DNA from: Giardia intestinalis
Lineage: Eukaryota
Reading direction: 5' to 3' (one strand)
Assembly (NCBI GenBank): GCA_000002435.2
Contig: CM018793.1
Length of the DNA: 64,000 nucleotides
Shown here in pieces: positions 28,036-42,000 of the stretch; position 1 is the first letter of the stretch; each line of letters opens with the position of its first letter. Both the position numbers and the translations under genes were made by a program. The notes under the pieces are model-generated. The model did not search any database. It saw nothing but the letters and a program-made list of their open reading frames with translations, and was not told the DNA's origin.

Positions 28036-29322
28036 ATGGAAAGATACCTCCCCCTGGATGCGTCTGAAATCGCAGCAACTGCGCTCCGAGCGTGCAGACA
28101 GAACCATGGAAGCATGGTCGAGGCGCTTCACTCAGTGTCGGCTCAGGTTTCACCCGTTTCGGGATCACTGTCTTCACAGACCACCTGCCAGGAATGTGGC
28201 TACTCGGCCGATCCTCAAATCGTGCAGTACTCTCTCTTGGAAATAGAGACCCCTGCGTTGGATGCTGATCCTTTAACGGCTTCCCGCGAAGGCTATGCTG
28301 CGGCGCTCTCAGAGACGGCCTATTATACTAGAGTCCTGGTACTTCCTCCAAATGGTTCTCCGATCTTCAACTTCCGCCTTCTCTCTACCAAATTGAGCGC
28401 CGCTTACTTGCAAGAATTAATCACGAGCACTCTTGAACTCCCACCAGACACTCCGCTTGCAGCCCTTAGTATAGATAAGGAAATAATCGGGCTTGCAGAC
28501 ATCTTTGCCGAGGAAGATGACACCGGTGATCAGGACCGCAGCGCAAGCCTAGAGCGCTATTGCCGGCTGAACTTCGGTGCCAACCATTGCCTTATCGTTG
28601 CCCCTGTTTTACCAGAAGAGCTTCCTACGGATGATAGGAAAGACGTGATCGTTGACATCTTTATTCAGGGCTCACCAGAGAGTGTTTCAATTCCGCTCAT
28701 TGTGTGCCCAGAGAGCCTAGACAACATTGCCAGGATCGTGCGCCAGCGGCTGGCCCTCTTCTATCCGGATGGGGCTGCACGCAACAGCATTCTGTCCCAA
28801 AGCACGCTCTTATCTTTGACTCCAACTACGGAGTGCTCCCTTAAGTGCGTTGTCTCCTTTGATGCTTCTGTAAGTCCTACTGCGCGGAGTCACGATCTTT
28901 GTAGTGTGTTTCGATCTAGCCCAAGAGTCTTCCCGGTCATGCAGTACACACTGAAAGATTGCATAGAGAATTTCCTGAAAGAAAAACTAGAACCGTCTTT
29001 TGTGTGCCCGAACTGCAAGGCAACGGGGTCGATAATGGTGCAGAAAACGCTGATCAATCAAGGGAAGATCTTACCTACACTGATTTTGAACTCAGCCTCA
29101 CATATCCTATTGCAGGATACTGTTGCTTTTGATTCGTTGCAGCACACAGTTGTCTTGGCAGTCTTACGGGATGGCTCTGGAGAGCTTCTGGTAGCAAATA
29201 GGGTGGATACTCAACTGTGGAGCGTTGATGGGGAAACGCGTAGCCTTGCAGAGTTACAGTCTCTTTCGTGTGTGTTCTTTATCGCTGTGGAGAAACACAT
29301 ATCAAAGGAGATTGACTATTGA
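28036..29322 (+). CDS. USP-fold pseudo-deubiquitinase (zinc ribbon and degenerate His box, no catalytic Cys or His)
   Basis: ATG at 28036 sits in the context aataaaagcgcATG. TCQECGYSADPQIVQYSLLEI and TLKDCIENFLKEKLEPSFVCPNCKATGSIMVQKTLINQGKILPTLILNS match the USP finger-subdomain zinc ribbon (CxxC...sLxdcLxxFxxxExL...CxxC...kxxxixxxPxvLxlhL). HTVVLAVLRDGSGELLVANRVDTQLWSVDGETRSL matches the His-box pattern YxLxAVxxHxGxxxxGHYxAxxxxxxxWxxFDDxxV. In that stretch the catalytic H is replaced by R and GHY by GEL. Confidence 0.45.
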   Translation: MERYLPLDASEIAATALRACRQNHGSMVEALHSVSAQVSPVSGSLSSQTTCQECGYSADPQIVQYSLLEIETPALDADPLTASREGYAAALSETAYYTRVLVLPPNGSPIFNFRLLSTKLSAAYLQELITSTLELPPDTPLAALSIDKEIIGLADIFAEEDDTGDQDRSASLERYCRLNFGANHCLIVAPVLPEELPTDDRKDVIVDIFIQGSPESVSIPLIVCPESLDNIARIVRQRLALFYPDGAARNSILSQSTLLSLTPTTECSLKCVVSFDASVSPTARSHDLCSVFRSSPRVFPVMQYTLKDCIENFLKEKLEPSFVCPNCKATGSIMVQKTLINQGKILPTLILNSASHILLQDTVAFDSLQHTVVLAVLRDGSGELLVANRVDTQLWSVDGETRSLAELQSLSCVFFIAVEKHISKEIDY

Positions 29323-30009
29323 ATTGGCCTGTCTATAAATGGACAGGCGTCGGAGTATAACCATTTGCAAATGTTTGTTCTAGATAAGATAGTTGAAAGT
29401 CACGTGCTTTTCGTTGCAAAAGCGATACGAAAGGAGCTGCTCTTGATGGGTCGACGTGTCACTCTCACGAAGCAGCCAGAGAGCGACTTGCAATCAGTTC
29501 GGTATTCGGATCTCATTTATCTCGCAAATATATCCTGTTCTACACGTTGATCACTCATCGGCATCAACAGCTCCTGGACTAGAGAGAGTGAAAATGCATG
29601 AGATGTACTGCCTGTCGCTTGCGACACATAACGGCCGCCAAGTACTTAGTCCACTAAGTTTTGTGACTGCGCAATGCCCTATAGTGTTGTCTGCAAGCCT
29701 CACTTTAGACACCTCGCTGAGATTGCTACCCAGAGCAGCCTTGCCGCCTTTGGAAACTTCGAACCAACCAGAGCGGAAGGTGCGCAATAATGGATCATTT
29801 TTCCCAGTCTATGAACAGAGAACATGCCGTTTAATCAGACCATTGACTCTCCCAGAACAGCGTAAATTGCTAGGTCCCAAATTTCTAAGTTCGCTTTGAG
29901 GATACGTGCATAAAATGGTATAGTGCACATGTAAAGATTAGCTGGCCATCTGCGTTAACAGAATACTTCTGCTCTAATAAATCGATTGCGGAGTACAAGA
30001 TCACACACC

Positions 30010-33000
30010 ATGACCATTCGACCTGTTGCGCTACAGCTTAGGATTCCTCGCTCTCTCCTTGTGTTTAACCAGGAGTGCGTCACAGAAGAGGAGCGTTGGA
30101 TCAACTTCTCGTGGATTCTTTCTCCACGGCTTCTTCAAAGCCCACACGTATCACGCCAGACCAGTCGCGCACTAAGCCGCGCAGCTAGCAAGGCAATGTG
30201 TCGCAATCTGACAGAAAGAATTCGGAACACCGCCGGTCGCCCAGACGGCCTAAGGAATTATATCTGGGTTCAGCAAGATCCAGCCACCGCCTTTCGGGGC
30301 TCCCAGCAGGAGAAGCTCCATCCAGCATTCATCAGCTACTCTACTTTCTACCTCCTTCCTGTGTTTGTTAGGACGCTGAACATTTTGACCAATCTAGCCC
30401 ATTGCACGATGTTTGAGAAGATATGTACGCCAGAAATAACTTTGCACAGAGCTGCTGTGGTTACTGTCCCGATCTCTCTCCTGATCCTCAACCAGCACAA
30501 TGCCCCAGTCGCCCAGCCACCCGCCGTAATGGCTCAGATGCTTCCAGAGTGTGTAGACTTGTCGCAGAACCCGTACGTCGCGGAGATTCGGAAAATCAAA
30601 GACAAAGAGTTCGTCGGAGAGATCTACGTAGAGAACAGCTACCTTGCGAATTCTGCCTACACGGTCCTCTTGGACCTAATTAACTTCAACATCTATTACT
30701 TGAGGAAAATGCATGCGCTGACAGATCAGTTCTTTGCCAACTACAAGTATGACAAAGAGTCGATAACAGCACTGTCCCCCTTGGATACACGGCTTGTAAA
30801 AGCGCCTCGAGACACATATATAGTTGAGAGCAACCTAATAGATCAGCACGCCCTTGAAACGTGTAACAGCTTTGCCTCTATCCATGTAGAGGAGCTGGCA
30901 CAAGATACCATTCTTCCACTCTCACTCCCCATGCACTATGATGCTATTTACCCCGTGAAACGAACAACAGCACTCCCTGCTGCACTGCAGAACCTTTTAA
31001 CCGAACATCAGTGGGAGTACAAGCACATACTCCTGACCCTTCTGCATAGGCAATGCACCATTACCAAGACTAGTTTAGGCACTGTGAGCTTTGCATACAA
31101 GGAGGAGGAGTCGGAGCATGTTATTCTGAAGCGCCGTGTCACTTCCCCCATTACTCTGTGCTCACACTATGACGGACCAATGTTTCAGTTCTTTGTGCGC
31201 AGTGCCGCTAAGGGGCCCTCTTTTTTCCGCTTTTTTCGCGGAACGAAGGCAGAGATCCATGGTATCGTGACATATACAGAGCGGTATGGCCCGAGACAGA
31301 CCCTTTCCGCGGACAAGCAGTGGTACGACGAGCAACTAAAGCGTTTAGGCTTTCCAATCATGACGCTCACCAGTGTTTGCATGCAGCTCTTCCCATACAA
31401 GCATTTTGCGTTTTGTACGCAGTCCCACAACGACGATATCAACACTACTAATTTGCCAGCGCAACGAACACCCGGTGGCATACTGGCACGTAGGGGCCAT
31501 ACAGCCCAGGCAGTCAAGCGTTCTAATCCTGCACTTGCTAAACTAATCCCCAACTGCACAGGAAGCTTTTCAGAATTTGGCTTGTTTGGAACGAATCGAC
31601 CATCCTCGCGCAGAGACCTACCATCGCTTCCCATCCACAACGTGACATTAGAGTTGTTAAACGATAACGACCAGAGTCTTCAGAACATGGAGGCAGGTGT
31701 TCTTGCTCACCCTCTAGAAGATTGTGCCACGTTCCCCGGCGCATTATCCGCTGCTTCCAATAGGCCATCGTGTGCATTTGACTCCCCAACACTACTTAGT
31801 TCACCACGTTTCTGCGCTTCCTATGTATCCCTTCAGGTTACATTTCTAAATCTTATATGTAAGTTTATCGACGCCGTCCCTCTATCGATTTCTGCGGTCA
31901 AAACAGGCAAGGAGTCTGTCGGCGTGATCCTTCAAGCATTTAATTCTCTTTTTAGCGCACTGCACGCACGCTACTATGATGTGGGATACAGCTTCATTAC
32001 AATCAAAAAGCGTATATTCTTTCTCCTTAAGTCGTTTTCAACTGAAACGGTTAGCCTAGTAGATTACTACACTCATCACTATCATATAGAAAAAGGGCTA
32101 TCCTCATCGGTCCTCGACTTCCTCATGAATCCCTCAACGAAACGGATGCTCCAGAAAGACTCCTTACCAAATATCTATGCATACATGCATCTATATCTCA
32201 AGAAAGAAATATATCTCGAAGATCAGAACAAATATTATAGGCTTGACAAGATTTCAGACGACGATGATGCAGAGGAAAACGGCACGTTATTTATGAGGAA
32301 GTTCACGGGACCTGGGAAGAAAAACCTTGTTAATTGCTACCTGGGCGACCCCAGTGACCTTCTCGGTGAGGATGGCCAACTGAAGCCGACAGAGGAGGAC
32401 GAGGAGGCAAGTGAAGAAGCGCAGCCAGCATATGTTTGTTCCGGCAAGGTTCCCACTCTAGAGCGGATAGAGGTTGACGAGGCCAGCCCCATGCTCCACT
32501 TTGCCATGCTCTACATCCGTCTCTTCGGTCTATTTGCTCGTGAGCTGACTCCGGTTATATGCAGCTTATTCGCCAGAGATTGCATACTAAGCAACATACA
32601 TCTGGAGAACGAGCTGCTTCGACAGAGCCCGCTTCTGTGCTACAAACTCTTTTGCCGGGTAGTAATATCTAAATTTCAAGAGGCATACCTTCACGATTTA
32701 AATGAATGGGCCGAATACATCTGTCCGCAGTCCCATGTCCCAGTTCCCTCATCCCTGCAGGAATCGTCGCAGCCTTCTTCCGTGATTCAGCCAGAGACCA
32801 CAGTACCTACTCTGGTTTTGGATCTGGAGCCAGTGTCTACCGACGGAAATCAAACCATCACTGCGGCAGCAGCTGTGGCAGACAGTATAATAACGAGGCG
32901 ATTCCTGAGCCAGGGCTTTTTTACCACCTCTGATAGACAGGAGATGGACTTTCTGCACTTTGAGTTTAATTGCCAGCAGATTTCAAAGGATAATAGGCGC

Positions 33001-36000
33001 TACGTGACAGGAGGCGATACAGAGGGTCTTTCTAATCTAAAGATTATCTACGCAAATTCCCTAGACTTTGAACTATCGCAGTTCCGTACACTGATAGCCG
33101 CCATCTTCACCTCTGTTACAGAGCTCAAGTGCAACATAGAGCAGCACCTAGAATTCGATCTCCTCTTTCTCTCTCGCAGTGTCGTCCCAGGCTTTGATTC
33201 CCTGCTATCTCTGCAGGACTATGTAATACAGCACGTTCAGAAAGAGATGGAGCTGATTCAGGAGAGCCTCACAGACAACATTCTAAATCCACAGACCTTT
33301 CGAGATGATATTAAGCGTGCAGAGTACCTCACCGAGATCTCATCGTCCCGTATCCCAGACTTCATCACAAGCTACTACAACATGCGCAAGGAGATGCGCA
33401 TACAGTACAGCAGATTGTTGATGGCCAACATGCAAGAGCTTACTCGAGTCAAGGAAGTGTACGGGCTTTCATTGAAGAGGCTTAACGAGAACCTCCATGA
33501 TCGGAGAGCCTTTGACCGGTCCATCCTGCATCTGGAAAGGGATGTCTTTGTGGCATTTGAAAAGCTTCTCTCTTCAATCGGCTCTGTGTCTCAGCTTTGC
33601 TTAGCATTCATTGAGCAGGAGTTCGGCACGAACAATTTACACATTTCAGCCAAAAACCTTGTGTTTAGTTTGTGCTTTGATCCCCTTCAAGATGTGAAAA
33701 AACTGGAAACCGTGTCAGAGGATAGGCATGGTAAGAAAGCAGTCAGTGTCGTTTATCCTCCAAAGTTCCTATTGAATTGTGAAGGCAGTCAGCTCATAGT
33801 CTTTAGCTTTGAGTCACTTCTTGGGTTAGACACTCCACTTGAGCAGTCTGCTTCAACAAAAGGAAGTGGGCGCGGACGGGCTATCGACGGTATGTCCTTG
33901 CCCATCGGCGCAACCATCCCCAGGTACAATGAACCCTGTAACGGAGCTAGTGCCGTTGGCGCAAGCTCCCTTCTCGATCATTCCAAGATGCTGGAGCTTA
34001 TCGAAAACGCAATTGTCGTTACCAAGGACATTATAACGTATATAGAAAATAACCTCCTTCCTCTCCCAGATGTCCTCTACACCAGGTTTGCTACATACAC
34101 GATTAAGATCCTCAAAAATCAGGCGATTAACAAGCTCTTGTCGCTGGTACGGAAGATTCGACAGCACGTTCAGGAGACCATTTATGCAGTTATAAGGGAG
34201 GCGTCTCAAAGAATTCAGGCTTTTAAGGGGTCTCTGGTGGTGGATGTGGACACGCCGGATAACCTGGAGTTGGTATTGCAGTCCAAGAATGCAGCCCAAC
34301 GGTTCCTCACCATCTGGATGCCGGCTGTCTTTGTCTGCCTTCTGGCCTTGCCCAAGATGTCATATCTTGAATCTTACAGACACGTAAGTAGTATTCAGTG
34401 TATTAATAGTGATCCGGAGATAGAGCTTCGTCCAGGCTCTACCGCTCAAGAGCAACAACGATCAACAACTCAGCCCCCAGATATTTACACACTGCTAGAG
34501 TCAGACGTATCCTTCGACCAAAAAATGGACCATCTATTCGACGCGCAGTTCTGGATGCGGTGTCGGAGAGACGTAGAAGTGTATGAAGGCGTGAGGCAGA
34601 AAGAGGTGCAGAAACAAATAGAGAAGCAACAAGAGCTGATCCGTCAGCAGGAAGTGGAAAGGCGGGATATGATCAAGAAGTTAGCCAGAGGCAGCAGCGA
34701 ATTGGCAGATGAAGACCCGGCCTGTCTTCAGAACCTTCACAACGAGTTTGTTTCGGAGAAGGGCCTGCTTTCTGTCAAGAAGATACCTCTCACTCGTAAG
34801 TATCTTTCGTCAGAGGCTAAAGCTTCCAGTATTAAGCTGCAGCCTATCTTGCGCAAGCAATCTGCTCTTGTCAGCTACCGACAGGAGCTGCTCATGCTCG
34901 ATCTCTGCGATTACAAGTTCAACATCCTCGATTTCATTCAACTCCTGGCATCTATTAAGGCGCTAATGAGGCGTGCCGACAGGAACATCCAGGCCAAAAT
35001 ATGTCCATTCTCTAAGTATATTTACTTATCTGTAGAGTACCTCATGTATCTGCGCACAGTCTGCACCAATTATGCTGTCGAGATATGCTACATGACAGCC
35101 GCCGATCTCATCCTCTCGGTGCGAAATCCCAGCCAGTTTCGAATCAAGTACCCTTACATGACAAGCAATCTAGTTCTCAATCAGATAGACCCCTACTTTG
35201 CGTCAGAGGACATAGAGGTCTCATATGCATATCTCAACTTCTTACAGCGGTCCACCTCTCTGGCCATCACTCGCTATGCAAACGAACGTGCTCTGTCTCT
35301 TTCGGCTCTTTATACAAGACCGAGCGATTCCAATCTTGTTGGGGTGGACTCGGTGGTTACGCTCGATGACTTCCTGGCCTTTCTGATCCAGCGTGTAAGC
35401 GCACAGGACTCGCGACGGGGCTACAACACATCGACAAAAAGTGCTGGCGAGACAGATACCTATTATGACATATACCATATTTTTTCTGACATAGGCCATA
35501 TCGCATCAGAATCACAAAAGATCTACAACTCTCTAGAAAAATGGGCCATGCTTGTTGGAATAAAGCTTTCTATTTCTAAGCCAACCTTCCTTGAGGTTAC
35601 CACCTCGCTAAAGCATCCCATCAGCTTTTTCCTCTCTCTAATTAACATTTATGCAACGTACGCGCAAAGCCTGAAGGCTTCTATAAACTTCTTCAACTAC
35701 AAGTTCTTTGAAAAACACAGCGAGGAGCTTTATTTGGCAGCCAGAGAAATGCATCTTGCCGATAAGCAGAGGTTCAAGTGTGCACAGGAGAAGTCCAAGA
35801 GCCGAAATGTGAAGTCGTCGTCCTTCTTCATTGAAGCACTGGACCAGAGCTCGTCATCAAATCCCCATAGAATCCGTCAATCTGGCGCTGTCCATCGGCG
35901 CTCTCCGGCAGAAAGCACGTTGAAAGGGCAAGTCGCGCACACCGCCTCTGTGGCCAGTATCAGCAGATACATGGATTCAACCATTGTGCTAGATGGGTCA

Positions 36001-39000
36001 GCTGCCACATCGTTGCCAATGTCCAGCAAACTCGAGAATAATGCTTCTGATACCCTTCTTACGTTGATAGATAGCATGCAAGAGCTACCACCTAGGTCTG
36101 TGCACTCTCAAGACCCAGGATCTACCAATCTGATGGCGAGCAAGCTCAGAGAGCACTATTATGAATTACCCGATCCGCGCAGTGAGAGTAGCAACTCGTT
36201 ATCGGTCTCCAGCACAGTTGCCAGACATCCGGACTCAAAGGATGACTCTGAGTCAGAGATTATCACCGTTGTGACAGCTGATCAACTTCGGAATGATAAA
36301 GGCGCATCCTCAAAGCTCTTGATGACTCAGCTTGCTAACACGCTCGATCCCGAAGATTGTAAGACTACACCTAGCCACAGTGACGATGATGGTGGTGATC
36401 TGCAAGGCAAGACATCTAGAGTTAGCGAGACAGATTCTGAATATAGCGACGGAAAAGACCCCGACGAAAAGCTAGACATTGGTTTATTGCGTATGCGACG
36501 ACAAGAGCCAACTGGCTTTGCAACGTCATACTCGACTGCACAGATGCGCCTAAACACAGCAGTAGCCGAACGCATTAAATTGCAAACCGGCACTGTCAGG
36601 CCAGCCGCTGCAACAAGGATCATAACTGACATATGCGCTGATCGTCAACCACTCTCTTCATCAGACATAGCAGGTCCAGATACACACCTTACAGATACCA
36701 GTTTTCATATGGAGCCATCGTCATCTGCAACGGATACCAAGAACACGCTGCTCAGGCGACGCCCAAAGCTATCCATTAAGACAGAAGCCGATGAGGAGAA
36801 GCAGGAGCCCTGCATGGAGAGCGTCGACTCTGTTGATCCAGACCTTCTTTCTTACCGAATTCAGCAGATTATAACGGACTATTGTAGGAAGAATGAGCAG
36901 CCGCCCTTCACCGTACAGTACTCCAGCTGGATCGACACTGCCGACAGGGTGGTTCAAGTGCACTTGTTGGCTATCACGCAGCGTATCATCTTCCTTTCAG
37001 AGATACGACGCCTTTTTACCAGCAGATGCTTTGTAGAGCGCCTCTTCACAATGCTTGACAAATCGTGCGGGGACATAAGTGTGACGAACGCCAAAGCCCT
37101 GCTTAAGGCAACCACAGTCGATGATATGACGAGACTGCTTAATGCGCAGAACTTTGCGTTGATAACAAATATGACCAGACAGTATGAGCACAATCTAGCG
37201 GCAGAGAAGAAGCTTCACGAAATCTATAAGTGGATTCTTTCCCTTAAAGTCTGGGTTATTAAGTACAGCCTCGATATTCCCCTTCATACTGCCTTCAAGA
37301 CCTATGTGTCGGCCAAGTTAGGCCGCTCAAAGACTCAGTCACACACAAAAAGATCCTACTCGTCACGTGTAAGCAAAGCGCTTCATCGCCCTGCTCGTAG
37401 CGCAATGGCAGACACATCCCCGAGCTCATATCAACTCATTACACGGATAGACCAGGCACGGCGGCCCGTGACTATTGCAGACGTGGACTGCTCCCTTTAC
37501 TGCCCAATAACTCTTGACTACAGTACGCGGTTCCGGAAGAAATATATCAATCACCACAGGCCAACTAGGGTTCTCCTATTTGACAGGCTGGAGCCATTAA
37601 TAGATCTGTTCAAGGATCAAACCATGGAATACGACGCTGTTTATCAGAAGGCTCGTGTTTCCTGCGCAGATGTTGGACCCGGGGATACGTCACTGAGCAG
37701 CGTATCAATAATTTCTGACGACTCAACCTTCAATGAAACGTCTATCAATGTAACACAATCGACCTCGCACAATGCCTCCGGATCCCGGAAGCGTACTGCT
37801 AGCGCCAGGAGGCGTCCTGCTCAGAGCTATGACATGCAAGAAACTATTGAGCTACCGTATCCTTCTCTCCAGCCCTACCTGCTGAAGGCTATACGGGAAG
37901 CGTTGTTCATGGTCTCCACTGTACTCGGAGATGACCAGATAGTAGAGTCTGTCAAGACAATGGCGCGAAGGCTGCACATTTTCCTCTCGGCCGCAAGGAT
38001 CTTCGCAGCTACCGTTGAAAGAGTACGCATGCACCTTCCGGAGGTGCTTGCACTTCTGAATGTGATATTTGACGAGGTTCCAGAAACGAGCTTTCTGTCC
38101 ATTGATCTAGAGCGCTATAAAGGCGTAGTAGCAACCCTGCTTCAGGTCCTTCACTTATTCTCCGAGATCTGCGTTGCAATGCATGAGTCAGATAAGAAGG
38201 TTGACTTGGCCAGGTTTTCCAGTCCTTCCTTCGAGCATTTAAAGGCTGTTTCACTGGTAAAGAATAAGAGACTGGACATCCCAAGATTCGAATTCATCTC
38301 CTTCCTCTCTGATCTCACTGATGACACTTCCGAATATAGTGCGCAAACAAAGCACACTAGATTGGCGAGCTACCTTGACGGGGATAGCACCTGTATGCCC
38401 CTTGCTTTTCTCTTTGAACAGCAACAGTACTCGCTGGTTGAGAACTTCATTGCGGCAGCCAACCAATGTGATGGCCTTTTACAAGACGCTAGAGAGCTAT
38501 TTTGGAAGAAGAGAATTGGACATGTTATTTCAGGCCGTCTTGAGCTGGGGCTTGAAAACCTCCCAGAGTCGTTCTATATTGTTTTTAGCAAATTCAACGG
38601 ATCATTCACTAATGCACAGCTTTCCAATCAATTCTTCGACGTGGCGCACACAGGATCTGAAATGAAGCCTCCTCTCCCTGACCACGTACACACCACCCTT
38701 TCTGGTGTCCTCCAACTCCCATCGCAGCGAGACACACGCCTACAGACCACAAGGCATCGAGGTGGGTCCTACGTTAGTGCCAGATCTGCTCTGCCCACTA
38801 CTCGCCTCTCAGCAGACACCTTTAGCAAGCTTAAATATGCATATACATCGGGTCACATCATTGCAAACAAGCTCCTGTACTCTAAAGGTGGCACACAGAT
38901 AAGCTTCTTTGGAATCCAGAGTGGCCACGAAGCCATTCTTTATGATAAGGTAATTAACTTACGATGCCGCTTGCACATGGCGTCTGTACTCCTTCATCCC

Positions 39001-42000
39001 AAGATTCTTACCTCGGCCATCCAGGCAGAGTTCCGTAAAGCAATCATCCTTCTCCTCAACGAGCAATATTCTCAATGCCTGTGCTACTGCACCTACCAGG
39101 CAGTTATCTATGCGCTCTCTGCATGCGTGCTCGTCTACCTGGATGGAAGATATGAGTCATTTGAGTACTGCTACTACCACGTTCTTGGTGGACTGAAGCG
39201 AATTATCGAGTGCTCTTATCCGGACCTCCTTGCCCACATGGGCAATGCAAGCGCTTCCATCTTTAACAGCCCAACTGACACTGACACAGCGGTAACAAAG
39301 CTTTTCACTTTAAAGGCAATCTATGCTAGAGTCATAGAGTTCATGAACTTGTTAGACATTATCGCCCTTAGCGTCGTTTCATATATATTCTCACTAAACC
39401 CGCTCTATTTGTCTCGGTTTCACAAACTTGAGCCTCCCTTTTCTCTGCAGAACTACAGTAAGCTTCTAACAAAGTTTTCTAGGAGTGCCATGCTCAACGA
39501 GCGTAGTAAGAAGCAAGGAATCTCACTGTCTTTTATGCATAACAAGTTCACATCATGTCTTTTCTTATCACTTCCGAGTCTGAAGCTGTTCCAGAAGACC
39601 CACTGTAGCTATGACGCCGCAAGAATGGATGAGAAGGCCCTTATTACAGAAGCATACAGAAGGGCTGTAGTGGCCCTGCGGCGAGCAGTCCCATTACGTT
39701 CGGTGCTTGAGATGCAAAGCGCGTCTCATGGACTTTCAGATATAGTCGCAGTTCCGGACATCCGGACAGTGAGTTCTGTGGAGTCCACTAACGATGAGGA
39801 CTTCAGCGACGCACAAGCAGGCACACCAAGCAAAGCGCTAGCGACGTTTTCGAGTGCAGAGATCGCCTGCCTGTCCCCTGGTGTAGCTTCCGCTCCGCCA
39901 GTGGCTAGCGGTGCTGCTGTTTCACATGGATTGTCTAGAGGAGAGGGAGAGACACTCTTTATTGATCCTCTTCCTCGGCTAGTGCCGAACGACATTGTCT
40001 ACATAGATGCAGACGAACATGGGGATATAGACATACCGCTAGAAACTCCTGCGTCTTTGACATCTATTCTGCTAGGGCCGTGGGGACTGAAAGACTTCAA
40101 TCTTGCCCATGTGTCTTGCTGTACTCAGTATGATACGGTTTTTATTGACTACACACACAAACGCAAGTGTGCACTTCTCATCAGCTCATTGATTGACAAC
40201 ATTCCAGTAGTGATATTCACCGACCGGCACATGGGCTATCGAAGCATGGAGGTCCCATACATTCTGGAGCACGCTACGAGATTATCTGGACTACGCTATT
40301 GCTTCCTCAACGTCGCTCCAGGGAAGCTGGAAAGCTATCGCATGGCGATCTATGCAAATATGCTATCCGGAGTGACGACAGTCTTAACGGGACTGGAGCT
40401 CTCCGCCACGGATGGACATGCAGAGTGGGCATTGATATCTGCGTTGTTTACGCTCTCACCTGGAGCAGATTTCCCACCCATCTATGATCGCATAAGCGCA
40501 ACTCCCATGGACTCAAAGGCATATCGCAACTCATGGCACACATCCAGACTCGGAGGAATCATCTTCTGGATTGCAGACGCAGTATGTCTGAACAACAGCG
40601 AGGACCAAAACTACATTGTTTCTGATTGGGCCCTCAAATTTCTTCGCCTCTTTAGGCAAAAGACCCAACTCTACTTTCCCACCTCATACCTCACTAACGA
40701 CTGTCATGTGCTTGCAATGGAATACACTATGGATATGCCTACCTACATCCAGCGCATATCCTTCATTAAGAATCAGTTCAGCGCCAGCATATTTGATCTG
40801 GTCAACAAGAAGGCCACACTATCAGAGAACCTATCCGTAAAGGCGTCCGCTTCTCTCGCAAGTTCTGTCATTTCGTCGAGGGAAACCATAAAAGCAGCTA
40901 CATACGCGGGCAGCAGCCACCTTCCGCGCCTATTCAACGATCTCCACATTGTTTCGGATCTATCCTCATCTTGCACACTCGAGGCTCTCTTTTGCATCAT
41001 CCCACAGTTTTCTAGCCAGCTGGCAATATTTGCAGAGTTCCTATTGCGTCAAACTACCGCTTTTCCAAAGCTGGTCCTGGGGGATATCCGTACCATTATA
41101 CAGACATTGCAGTCGCCCATTACAGCGCTAAACATGTCTCTTGCCCTGCTCTTTTATTTGACCGTCCTAATGTGGACAGAGGAGACTGCGACAAACCAGT
41201 TTTCTGCGAAACAGATGTATTTGATGGAGTACTTGGCAACATTGTTTCACCTCGATGCACACGAGCGCTCAAGGTTTAAATCTCTGGTAGAGTCTCCTCT
41301 CAGCAAGTTCGAGCAGATCATTCAGACTTACGCTTCAGACACGTATATCTCACAGTTGGGCCTCTTGGCACAAAGCTCTGGCCTCCTCTCTTTGTTTGGC
41401 TCTCACTCGCTTTTCACACTGGGCCGCATTTTGGCAACTGGCAGGCCGTGCCTCCTATTTCTGGACACCATGGACCCCGGAACGCTCACCCGCATTCAAG
41501 CTGGCGTTGAGCATGTGTCACGTCTTCATGTCCTAATAGTCTATAGTATCTATGATCTATTTGAGATGACGGAGTCCATAGAGAGGAGCGCAGATGACAC
41601 CGGCCTCATGCTAGTGTGTGCCGACCCAGCGGACTCTCACTGGATCGGATCCATTTTTGCCATGTGCTCGTGCAGGCAAGAAATATGCCTTCCAAATAAA
41701 ATCAGGTATGTGTTCCCTCGCCATTGTAAAGTAGTCGTTGTGGCGCACTCAAAGTGCCTATCTTTGAGGAAAATATCCTGTCCAAGTATCCACTTTAATC
41801 GAAACGTGCACCTCTCTCCTCTCGGTCTCCTCCAAGTCAGCTTCTCTTCAGTAGCCTTCCTAAATATGAAGTACTTCAATGACATCAGAAACATCGAAAC
41901 AAGCCACCTGTCAACATACAAGGATGTCGTCGAGCACATAGCAATGAAGTATGACGTTGACTATCACCTCTATACGCACGCAGAAGAAACCCGCATCAAG

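Noticed and set aside
29456-29899. 147-aa ORF in the 687-bp intergenic gap
   Set aside because: It starts with GTG and the first ATG is 47 codons in. The sequence is low-complexity, Leu/Ser/Pro-rich and overlaps other short ORFs on both strands. I kept the region as a finding but not as a gene.
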